Assembly (NCBI RefSeq): GCF_001949145.1
Contig: NW_019091358.1
Location: forward strand, 1,426,961 to 1,490,960
DNA length: 64,000 nt
Source: Acanthaster planci
Lineage: Eukaryota
Direction of reading: 5' to 3'
The notes under the pieces were generated by a model. The model did not search any database and had not been told where the DNA came from. It saw only the letters and a list, made by a program, of their open reading frames with translations. Every line of letters begins with the position of its first letter. Position 1 is the first letter of the stretch. Positions 11,852 through 23,400 of the stretch are shown in pieces. The translations under genes and the position numbers were made by a program.

Positions 11852-13267
11852 TGGGGTGCCCTACTTTGTTTTAATAAAAACGTTCAAAACTCACCTTTAT
11901 ATTTCAGTTAACCTCATGCTCAACTTTTGTTCTATTATTATAAAGATATTTTATTGCTTTTTTGTTTTTTCTGCTAATACGTATTCACTGAATTATGTCT
12001 TCCCCAGATGACTTAATAGCAACAGTGCCCTCAGTTGTCCAAGAAAGCTTGGATAATTGTAAAAAGTGCACTTTTTCAAAACATTTAACAAAATACGAAT
12101 GTAAAAGAGTTTTTATACATGTACATTGAGAAAGAAGTACAAAGTTGCAGTAAAATTGTCTCAGAAAAATTCACTGCAGCTACACTTTAACCAGAGATGA
12201 GTTTCCACTTGGGTCGAATCATAATAATGTTGGTGTCACTGAACCATGACCTAAGCACTTAACTTCCCCTTTGGGATTATTGAAGGGGTGTCTACCATGT
12301 TTTGACATTGACTTTTCTTCTCGGTATCCTAGAGCTGTGTGTACAAGACATAATTTTCACCGGTGACTTGGATGCGATAGAATACTTTGCAATTTATAGG
12401 AGTGCTGGGTAGAGTCAACTGCATTTCTTTCAATGACAATTTGCAGAATTACCTGAGGAAAAGACTTTCAACTAAAGCTCTTTTTGGTGGATCTCTTTTT
12501 GATGGGAATACAAAGGTCTTTATTTTTGGAAATTTGAAATCTGAAAGAGATTAACAACTGAAATAATTTACAGAATAGGAATTAATATGTCATTAATATA
12601 TATATATAGAATATATTTCTATTTTTAGTGAAGAAATTAACAAATTTTAGAGTGTGGATTTATAACAAGAATAACTTGCCTCAGAGAGGGAGAAGTAAGA
12701 GCAAATTAATTTGTTTAAAAAACTTTTACACGCCTCGATTTTGTACTGAAATTGGAGAGCATCAACTTTCAAATGGAAATACTTTGTAATTGAATACTTT
12801 TAGAGACAGGTGATTGTGTAGTATCTAGTGACAGTTTGAATATTAATGTTTTAATTTTTGTTTAAGTCACGAAGAATTGTAGTGTAGCTGGAAATGAAAT
12901 TCCACCTTCCAACTGAAAGCCATGTTAGTGCATGCAATTGTTTGAGTTATTCTTAGAAAGTTGGACGAAGCATTGTTGGTCTGGTAACAGTGCCTAGGAA
13001 ACTTAATGTAGTGCCTCAGCTTATGTAGTTAGGTGACTTGTTCACGCAATTTCCTCTGCCTTAAGATATTGCCTTTCTCTTTTATTGCAATGTGATGTTA
13101 CTAATCATTGCTAAAATCTTTTTCTCGTAATTCATGGATATCACTCTGAAATCGGACTAATTTGATCAAATTTTTACAGAACAAGTGGTACTGTTTGTAT
13201 ATCACGTGTCAGTACACTGACTTCGGATTTCAGCAAAAGAAGATACGGTTATTATGAAGTGGAAACT

Positions 13268-13358
13268 TAGACTGGTTCCGGTCCCTATTATCGGAGGGCA
13301 TCTGTAAGATGTCTGGAGACTACGTACAGAGACTACGTACGGGATGGGAACCAGTCTA
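13268..13358. mobile_element. 91-bp MITE with 12-bp TIR and perfect 9-bp TSD
   Basis: TAGACTGGTTCC...GGAACCAGTCTA flanked by GTGGAAACT at 13259-13267 and 13359-13367. Confidence 0.85.
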
Positions 13359-14330
13359 GTGGAAACTTGCATGCCGAGTTCATGCTTCATTTTAATTTGC
13401 GTTTTCTTTTCCAAATTCATTGCATTCATCAAAGAGTACTGTAATTAAAAAAAGTCCTTTTCAAGTTGCTTTGCACTGTTTCTCATAAATGAAATAACTT
13501 AATCCAGTTTTATCAAGCACTTCCATCAGGCCTCTGTACACTATTAGTGTCACACATGCTGTGCAGCATCATCTGCTGAAGTAGACATTTCTGGCTTGTG
13601 CACAGGTGGCAGTAAGCAGATGATTCTCTTGCATGTACCGTTTGTGAAACTGGGCCGAACCGCTTTACAAGGCCAACGACTGTATATTGCGTGATCTGTT
13701 TTTAAACACAGCACCAGAGACACTAACAAGCATGACAAGTAGTCAATTCCATTGAATTGGAGGGCTGAATTTTTTTATTTGGGATTCTTCTATGGAACAG
13801 ATTCATCAATGTTATGGTACATAGTCATATATTATTATATTCCTTATATATACATAAAGAGTTAATTCAAACATCCCACTAAGTGTCATGACTTGAGTGG
13901 AGGAAACTTATCAAGACTTTCAGGAATGACCCTTCCCAACAATAAAGTTCACATGGTTAGAATGGTCTGCACCCATGAACTAAGTTACTGATCCAGATTC
14001 CTGAACCACTGATCTGCATCACCTGGAAAGAGACTAAACAATAAATATCATATGAAACAAGAAGTGCGCTCATACGGTGATTTCCCTCCAAACGGACACT
14101 GTTGCTATCTCTGTTCCTGGATGGAGTGGATAGCTATGTACTCCTATGTATTCCCAATAAAACTCTGCACCTAGTGTCCCACAATCCTCAGGAGCTGCAA
14201 GTTACCTTGTTACAATCACAGGGTTCCCACAGACAGAAGTCTGAAATTCTGTGACTTCCAAGACTTTTCAGGGCCGTTTTCCAATACTCAACTTCATCTC
14301 TGTCTCGGGCTTCGTATACGAAACCAATGC

Positions 14331-14496
14331 GGGCGATTCACATTAGTGCGCCTCCAAATGTTTGCAACGCGTTGGCCAATCACAACTCGCAAAATTTGAT
14401 GACCGTTTCCAAACACGCATTTGGTCGACAGATTTTGCACACTGTGATTGGCCAACGCGTTGCAAACTCTTGGAGGCGCACTATTGTGAAACTACC
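14331..14496. mobile_element. Palindromic MITE
   Basis: About 50-bp arms: TTCACATTAGTGCGCCTCCAAATGTTTGCAACGCGTTGGCCAATCACA / TGTGATTGGCCAACGCGTTGCAAACTCTTGGAGGCGCACTATTGTGAA. The same terminus (GAGGCGCACTATTGTGAA) occurs at 278-295. Confidence 0.75.
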
Positions 14497-15724
14497 TTCT
14501 TCCCGACTGTGGGCCTAAAGCGTTTAATTAAAATTGAAGTACTGTAATATTTAGCTCTTGTGCATCTTACTTGATGTTTTGGGGCACTATCAAACTTACT
14601 GTGCTTACAAAAGTCGACAAAGTCAGTTAGTAAAAAAAAAACAGTTGAAGCCTAAAACGGAGCCGAAGTCGAGTATCGAAAAACGGCCCAGGACTAAAAA
14701 TGACAATTTCCATGGAATCGAATGCAATTTTGCAGAAAAAAACAGGTTTGGTATGATGACCTGGAAGACTGTTGTAACCACGACGACAGACTGACAAGGA
14801 CAAAGACTATAAATCTGTCATTCAGTCTCAAATCAAAAGCAACCCATCAATCATATTACCTTTCCATTTTTTTTTAAATCTCACAACAGGGTTCCAGGAC
14901 ACTCACTGTTCCTAATTTTCCATGACTTTTCCCACGATTTTTTTTTCAGGATTTTCCATGACCACAGGAACTCTATAATAAAGTTATGCCGACTAATATC
15001 CCACCTTGTTCCTCTGTAGAGCAAAGGGCAATCCTAGAAGCGTACCCATGACAAGCTGGTTTTTTTTCGTTTCACCAACCAAATGGAGTTCAAATAGAAG
15101 ACACGGGCTTCCACGATGCCAATTGGTGTAATTTGTGCACATACTATTAAAAATATCTTTACTGGGATAAGGCACTGTGAGCATGTTCTCCTAAGAGGAT
15201 TGACATCTCCTTGAGAACTGTGATGTATACAGACCCAAAACGCTGCAAACAAGCACTGACAAAAAGCTACGACAGTAAACTCATTTTTTTGCCTGTTACA
15301 AACTGCAAAAGCTTCAGAATTTGACAAAAAAAGAACCTGCTGTTGTCAACTTGAACAGGTCCATCACCATTTGAATAACTCTCTAAGATGGTGGGCAAAA
15401 CTGGGAGTGGAGACAGGATTGGACTAAAATCTCGGCTAGAAATATTCAATCTCTTCTGCAATGTCGGCATGTAGGTACTTCAACAGTGTGTACACTGCCA
15501 CCCTTCATGACGTGTGAACACACAGGGCTTCCCCGTGAGGATATTTCAACACATCCTGGCAAATTCTGTATGTGGTCTCGGGTGATGTCTATACTCGTCC
15601 CTATACTTCAGTGATTCTCATTGAGTTTGTGTACATATACATACACAGGCTAGTTTATGGGATTGGGTGTGTATGAACTATGAAGCCCTGGGGCAGTCTT
15701 GGACCAGGTTGAGCGTTGAAGCAA

Positions 15725-15932
15725 ATCCGCTCCGAGCTGAAGTGCACCCCCAATCGGCAAAAAACAAAGACATGGTTACAAGCGGGTCCTTGCACGCGTT
15801 CTGCGTGTACGCAAAGACCATACATGCCGGATTAATTAGTTACGCGTGCTCCATATCAAATGCTCATACTTGAGGTGCGCTTATGCAGCGAGTACCAAAA
15901 AAACGCCCTCTCTTGTTCCGCTCGGAGTGGAT
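15725..15932. mobile_element. Possible MITE
   Basis: ATCCGCTCCGAGC (15725) and GCTCGGAGTGGAT (15920-15932) are inverted, 12/13 match. Confidence 0.4.
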
Positions 15933-16636
15933 ATCACTCTTGAGTTTCGGAAAGTGACAATGCAATAAGAAATGTCTCACGAATCTTGAATGAATGACCA
16001 CCAAGGGTCAGCATTTGAGAAAGTCCAACTTTGAGGACTATACTTGCAATTTAAAATGTTCGTACTTTCAAAGAAAGTGGTTCAACACAGAAGCTGATCC
16101 CATGGTTCAGAACATATGCATAAAGTCCTAGCCGTATGTGATTAAACAAGGTTTAGTTTCTCTCTCAGCTTGCCATCAGTGAAAACCCAGGAGAATACAT
16201 TGAAACGGTCTCCACAAGATTCTTGAGATGAAACGGTCTCCATCAGAATTTCTCGGAATAGATATTTGGAAATTACTTTAAAGAGAGGCATTTTTAAGTA
16301 ATTATTTGTTGCAAATTTGAAGTATTGTATATTATGGATATTCGGTTGCAATTTCAACTTGGGAAGGTGACTTTGGGAGCATTTTCAAAACAGCATTTTT
16401 ACACCCGAGTGTTTTAGTACACAAGAACAAAGCAATGTCTCCACATAAATTTCGGTGCGAGTGTGCAAATTTCATAGAGAGAGTCACTTGCACTTCACAG
16501 TAAAGAAAGCTGAAACCTGTTGTGAACTGCTTGCAATATTAAATTCTGAGGTTGAAGGATTCAGTGAAATACACAACATGAAAATGGGCTTGACTGCCTT
16601 CACTTTCTAAACCTAAGCAGTTATTACTTGACAGTG

Positions 16637-16917
16637 TTAACCACTTGCTGCTGGGGGCAGTTGTCAATGTTGATGATGCTGGTCCGGGATAATTATCATT
16701 TTTTTTCTGTTTTCAAAATTCTTTAAAAATTCCTATCTTCATTTACTGGACACTTGCAAACACGTGAAGGCATGTCTGGTGTCCACTCTAGCCAGACAGA
16801 CAAAATCTATTGACACCCGAGTATTTCAGCCAGGCCTGCAGCCTTTATAACTTTCTTTTGTTCACGAACCTCGCTCAGTGCACTGCTGACCTCTTTTCAA
16901 TAGGGGCCAGATTAGCG
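16637..16917. mobile_element. Second, inverted copy of the TTAA-ended element at 871-1408 (runs into N-gap)
   Basis: ATTGACACCCGAGTATTTCAGCCAGGCCTGCAGCCT is the reverse complement of ~1205-1240. Shares TCAATGTTGATGATGCTGG and the TTAACCACTT end. Confidence 0.65.
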
Positions 16918-17476
16918 NNNNNNNNNNNNNNNNNNNNNNNNNNNNNNNNNNNNNNNNNNNNNNNNNNNNNNNNNNNNNNNNNNNNNNNNNNNNNNNNNNN
17001 NNNNNNNNNNNNNNNNNNNNNNNNNNNNNNNNNNNNNNNNNNNNNNNNNNNNNNNNNNNNNNNNNNNNNNNNNNNNNNNNNNNNNNNNNNNNNNNNNNNN
17101 NNNNNNNNNNNNNNNNNNNNNNNNNNNNNNNNNNNNNNNNNNNNNNNNNNNNNNNNNNNNNNNNNNNNNNNNNNNNNNNNNNNNNNNNNNNNNNNNNNNN
17201 NNNNNNNNNNNNNNNNNNNNNNNNNNNNNNNNNNNNNNNNNNNNNNNNNNNNNNNNNNNNNNNNNNNNNNNNNNNNNNNNNNTGCGCCTGGTTGTCTTTC
17301 AGTGTCGGCACTTCGTTGTCCAGTTCACCGGTGAAATATCACCTTCACGGTGTTTGCTGTTAGGTTTGTGCAGCGCCCTCAACTGTGGACTTTAAGACTG
17401 CTTTGCAGCCTGTGAGAAGACGACTGAGAAGCGATCACCTTCTTCCAGGTTTTTTTTTTGAACTCTGCCATCATTA

Positions 17477-20400
17477 CTAATTGTCCGAGCCTCTGCTCTG
17501 GAGACGTTGTAATCTGCGTCGTCGTATCTCACCGTGGTCCAATTCTTCAGAACCCCCTTCTTCGTACTCGGGAATGAGTTCCCCTTCAGTGGGTGGGGTG
17601 AAACCGCTGGCTCCATCCAGACTTGTCAGGTCTGCAAGGAAAAGGTTTCATCGCTTATGACTGTTGAAAGCTAGATAGACATTCACCTTTTTGGCACAGA
17701 CAATAGGATTATGCGGTACGGTGACTTACATTACACCTGTCACTGCACAAGTAGCAAATACAACTTTGGTCCAAGGACACAAGACCACCTCGAAGTTCTC
17801 TCACTGCAACTTTGACTTTGACAAAAAATGTGGAAATTCTAATCTTCGCATGACTTTGTACAGTGCTTTTCAATGGCACGCGTCGGAAGTGAAATACGAC
17901 AAAATCAGCTGATTTGGGGAAAAGTTGCATGCCTGTAACCAGTCAAAAATACTGAATAGAATTTTATGTTGTTTTTTGGGGGGGTTAACCCCACAGTGCA
18001 AAAAAAGAATCTAAAACCACTCGTCTCATTTTATTTACCTGCTGAGGAATCCTTGTCTTTCTTCAATGTTGGCACTGTGCCAGCAGAAACCTTGGGGGTG
18101 GCCCCTGAATCAGCACTATCCGTGGTCGTTGTGCTGTCTGGTGCAGAGGCGGCAGATGTCATGGGAGTTGTGCTAGTTGCGGGAGATGTGTAGCCATAGA
18201 GACTGGTCGATGGTGGGGGTGGTGGTATGCTGGCGAGGACAAAATAATCATACAATCAAATCAAACGTACCTCTGAGCAACTCTTTGCAGGTCCATCAAA
18301 AACTCAATGATGAGTAGCATTATTAATGATGCACTTCTGAGTACTTGTGAAGACTTCTGAGTACTGGTGCAGACTTCTGAGTACTTGTGCAGACTTCCGA
18401 GAACTTATGAATACTTCTGAGTACTGGTGCAGACTTCCGAGAACTTAAGAATACTTCTGAGTACTTGTGAAGACTTCCGAGAACTTAAGAATACTTCTGA
18501 GTACTTGTGAAGACTTCTGAGCACTTGTGAATACTTCTGAGTACTTGTACAGGCTTCTGAGTACTTGTGAATACTTCTGAGTACTTGTAAATACTTCTGA
18601 GTCCTTGTGCAGACTTATGAGTACTCATAAATACTTATGAGATTGTGTGAAAACTTGTGAGAGCTGGTAAATCCTTGTGAAAACTGGAGTACATGGAAAA
18701 ACTCAACTGGAACCCAAAATAGCTCCGCAAAGCATTACTCACCCCAGCTCACCAACGACACTCATGTACTGCTGTATCTGCACCATGGCAGCATCCAGCA
18801 ATGTGTGGATGCCACGTAGGCACTCAATCCTTGCCTCTAGGTGCTGGCGCTCTGTGCCCTCCATGGCACGCAGCTCCTCCTCAGTCAGACCGGCAAAGTC
18901 TGGCGGCGGCATAGGGGGTGGGGTGGCTGTGAGGAAGCAACACATGAAAATGGACAAACCTCAATCGGAAGGCCTGGAATTTGTGGAATCAATCTCTCCT
19001 CCCCAAGGTAAAGTACACGGCCACCTGACTTGGAGAAGAAACTGTAGATAGTGTGGAGCTTTTATACCAGGGGCTAGCAACAGACGAGCTCTGCGTCAGC
19101 AACAGTTTATGCGCTATGCAGTCTTCTAGGTGACCTTTCACTGACAAGAGCATCAACCCTTATTACACCAATATTCCATCCAGGCACTTGGCTTTGCAGT
19201 GCCATGATGGATTCCAAACTGTGCAAACCAAACACAATTGCTTCACAAGGGAGTGTTCAATATACATCCCAATAAGCCTTTTGCGGATTACCTTTGACCC
19301 AAACCTGGTACACTGAGTTCTTTAAATTCACGTGAATATAACAATTTGAATTCTCCTTACTAAAACCACTGTTGCTATACCTCGTGATTTGGGGCAAGCT
19401 TTTGCTCAGTTACATAAGAGACGCCTTGTAACAATACGGTGTTCTTAATGGATAACAAGGGCACAAAGGAACCAGTCCATTCCAGATGTGGTGGTCGCTA
19501 TGCGAAAGCTTGCCCCGAATCACGACGTATAGCAACAGCGTCTTTAGTCTGAGGAATTCAAATCGTAATGTTTATGTGCAGTCAGATAACTCAGTGCTAC
19601 AGATTTTATTCAAATTTAACTCACATATGGCTGATTACGTCTCATTACAAAGAATGGGGGCCTTTCCTTAAGTGCATAATGCTGGATTTCAAGAAATCAA
19701 TCATTGAAATCAATAATTAAAAAAAAAATGCAGAGAGGTTGGAAGAGTCATTTTTGTTTGATGCCTCCAAGGTCAGAGAATGCGTGGAATAAAGATATAT
19801 TAGTAGGTATTTATGGCCGGACCACCTCTTTTGATTTTTCCTTACTCGAAATAAAACGCGGAAAAAAATGAATAAAAAAAATGATGGAAATACAGCTTAC
19901 CAAAGGGAGGCATCATGAAGAACGGAGGTGGAGGCATCATGAAGGGAAAAGGGGGTACTAATGAAGAGGGGTCCGAGCTACTTGTTGCACTGGCGGCAGC
20001 TCCGTCGGTTGAGCCAGCTGGGAAGGCAACAATAAAGAAAAACCTCGTGAGAAAACTGGGCATGGATGCAATTTATTTTGAATTTGTACTGTTATTTTCA
20101 ACTGTATTCCCACAGTGGGTTGAGACAAGGCAAGTGAAACGAATCGGTGAAAAGAAACAACCCAGCGGGTGTATTCTTCATAACTGGACATGGCTCTCTC
20201 TCTCTCTCTGTCAGAGTCCAGCGGAGTTGTGAAACTGTGACAAGACAACAAGGCCCTCGGCAGCTGAGACACTCTGTCACTGGAACGCAGTGCAAGAACA
20301 CTTCAATTTGGGTGAAAACATGAAACATCCTTCAAAAGCAGGGAGGGGGCCTAACATTGTCTATTCCCTCAAGTCCACGTTGCAGTTGATAAACTTGACC

Positions 20401-23400
20401 AACCTCAACTGCCAAAATTCCACTTCAGGTTAAAACTGCAGTATGATGATGATTTCAGAGCTACAAAAGCCCACCCTTAACAATTCACGAGGAATCTGAC
20501 ATGCTTTCTGATTATAACAAATCTGCCAAAAAGGATATACTGAATGGTGGTGGACAAAATAAGGAAGTTTTTTAATGCACTTGTGAACTTGCATTGTTAG
20601 CTACATGCAAATTTGGAGCAGAATTGGTTTTGAAGCGCACCCCTGTGTCCGACGAATGTACATCGTGGTGATATGAGACATATTTTTTTACCAGCTGGTT
20701 GGGTTGTTGAGGCGCTGGAATCCCCAGTTTGTTGGCTTGCAGCGGGTGGTGTGGCAGGCACAGTGCCTCCCTGGGCCTGGGCTGGTTGCTGGCTGGCTGC
20801 AGGAGCACCTGCCGCTTGCTGCTGCTGTTGTAGCTGTTGGTTGGGCAGTTGGGCCCCAGGGTGGAACTGGGGCATCCAGAAAGGATAGCCAGGAAATGGA
20901 GGCATCATACCGGGCACTGGAACAGAAATTTGCGAGTACTCCACACTTGAACAATACGGTACATAATTTTCCGATAAGCCTTCTATACAATCATTCTATT
21001 GCAATTTCGTCATTATAGATATGTTTTCACTCGAATTCTATTCTTATTTCAGCTACATTCTTGCCAAAATGGGCAATTTATGTCTACTCCAACTGAATTA
21101 CATCTGAGCCAAATTTTTGGCCGTGTTTTGGACAGAATTTACCAGCTGAAATTGAGGGTAGGTGATCTCTGTAGACATTTTAAGAGGAGTTTAAGGTAAA
21201 GAAGTCTGCAGTAGCACCATGCAAGAATCTCTCTTTGAGTACATCTGGTTCAGAAAGAATTGCAGGGTACTCAACGTTTCGGACAAGTATCCGTTGTCAG
21301 GAGACTGCCAAGAGTTTTGTAGCAATGAAAATAATGATATTTAGCCACATTTAGTTGTCACGAAGAACAATGCTCTATCATCTGATCATGGATAAAAACT
21401 CTTTTTACTTGGCTAAAAGGATGAACTTTTCTGCACTATAAAAACCTCTCAATCCATGAGTGTGCAATAACTGGATTTGATTCAGGATGGGCACCTTTAA
21501 ATGGTTATCTCGTGCACCAAGTAACCAACAGGAGACTAGACTCACTCTGTGGTTGCTGCTGCTGCTGTTGTGGTTGCTGCTGATTGACCTGGACCCGGAC
21601 CGTAGCCGCCGGTGCTCGTAGCACGTCCATACGGCAGGTTGGGCAGGTCTGCTGGCGCTGGAACCAAGAGCGCAGGCAGGCCGTGTGGAAGATGTGGCCG
21701 CAGGGTAGCTTCTTGCAGCCTGTCACCATCTCCTCCCGGCAGATGATGCAGACATTGTCGGCGGAGGCCAAGTCCTCGGCTGTGGCGTCTGGATAACTGT
21801 CAAAAACACAAAATTTGGTGATAAAGGATATTTACAAAGCACACATAAACACCATTACTGGTGCTCTAGGCTCTACGTCATTATTAACCCTGCTCATCGG
21901 GCCTGTAGACATTCCTAAAGACCATCTGTACTGCTTAATGCAGCCATTTCAGGCGCAAATGGCTAATCAAACCAAATAACCACCTCTGTCCTCAAAAATA
22001 TTTCTACCCCTGGGAAGAGAGAGGCAAACCTGAGTAAAGTCACTTGCCCAAGGTCACAACATGGGACCGGCTACTAGATTTGAACCTGCGACGCTACGTG
22101 TATAATCCGGAGGTCCAAATCCTAACAACCAGGCCACACGTACCCTACATGGTAGGTGGAAACAGAATTTTCAATTTTAAATCTTAATTCATGTCTCCAT
22201 GCTGAAAAGTAATTATTGTTTCTTCTTGCTATCGGGCTACCATACTAAATCACTCCTACAAAGTTCCTGATTCTAGAAGCTGACCAACACTGGGTTGAGG
22301 CTGCGCAATATTTGGAATGAAAAGCCAACAAGGCATGCACCACTACTTTTGCAAACCTGCCATCTGATTACTACATAACAATTGATGCGGCAGAGTCGTC
22401 CAAGGTTCTCGCACTAATGATAAAGAGGTTTGGGTGAATGAACATTTACTCACAGCGTGTTCATATTTCTGATGGCTCTCCTTGACATGATGACATCGTT
22501 CACTGCTTTTTTGAAGGATCTGTTGAGGAAGCATTATCAGAATATTTACGTAAGCATCAGGCCGAAAAAGAACTGCTTCAGTGGAAACCAAGATCAACGC
22601 AGCAGTGCCCAATTCAAATCCTATGATAAACACCTGTAGGACGAATGCCAACTTGTGGAGAAGCAAAACTCTGGTTCGCTTTTGGAAACGAATAGCAGAA
22701 CCCAATATGTGCAAAGGTAAACGTAACACTTGGATTTGACTGTCCCTAAAACCGTATTGCTCTCCCATGCAAGCTTACAATAACATTAAACTTCAGAATT
22801 TTGACCTAGTAAACAGATTTCTCAATCCTCTGAAATCCTCAGGAGGTTTTGAAGGATTGAGGCTGCAGGGCAGAACTGCCTTGCTGATTGCGAAAGTTGC
22901 ATAGTCTCAAGGATGTGGGTTCGACCTTGTGTTATGTTCAGCCATGCATAAATTCATGCCCACATTATATGTGAAATTCTGCATACTGCTCCAGGATGCC
23001 ATTCACGCTGCCTCAATGTAATGAGAGGAAATGCTAGAGGATTTTGAAGGATTGAGGATGTATCCTATCCAAAAGGGCATCGGCAGTTAGGGTTGATAAG
23101 AGTAAGTCCCAACACATGTTTGGCAGTATTACCTCATAGCCAAGTACATCGGTCGTATAGCAAAGAGTGGGAATGTGTGGACTTTGATCATGATGGCAAG
23201 GAAAACGGTGTACAGCATCACCTTCACAAAACCTGCAGGGATAACACAAACGGGTTCATGTACATGACATAAAGCAGATTGGCAATAGAGGGCTAGGTCA
23301 CATAACATGGGTAGGGTTATGGACTGAAATGTTTTTCTGTGTTGCTGCCCTGCAGATCCTTTGATCTGCCCCAGAATAACTCTCAGAATCACACTCCATG

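Noticed and set aside
17690..17998. CACAGTG (RSS heptamer / Transib-like end) in the last SYVN1 intron
   Set aside because: No convincing opposite TIR, nonamer or 5-bp TSD; at most an old DNA-transposon fragment.
18333..18660. Possible CRISPR array
   Set aside because: No spacers; a plain minisatellite.
22060..22140. tRNA gene
   Set aside because: Has A/B-box-like motifs but no cloverleaf, and continues into a SINE core.
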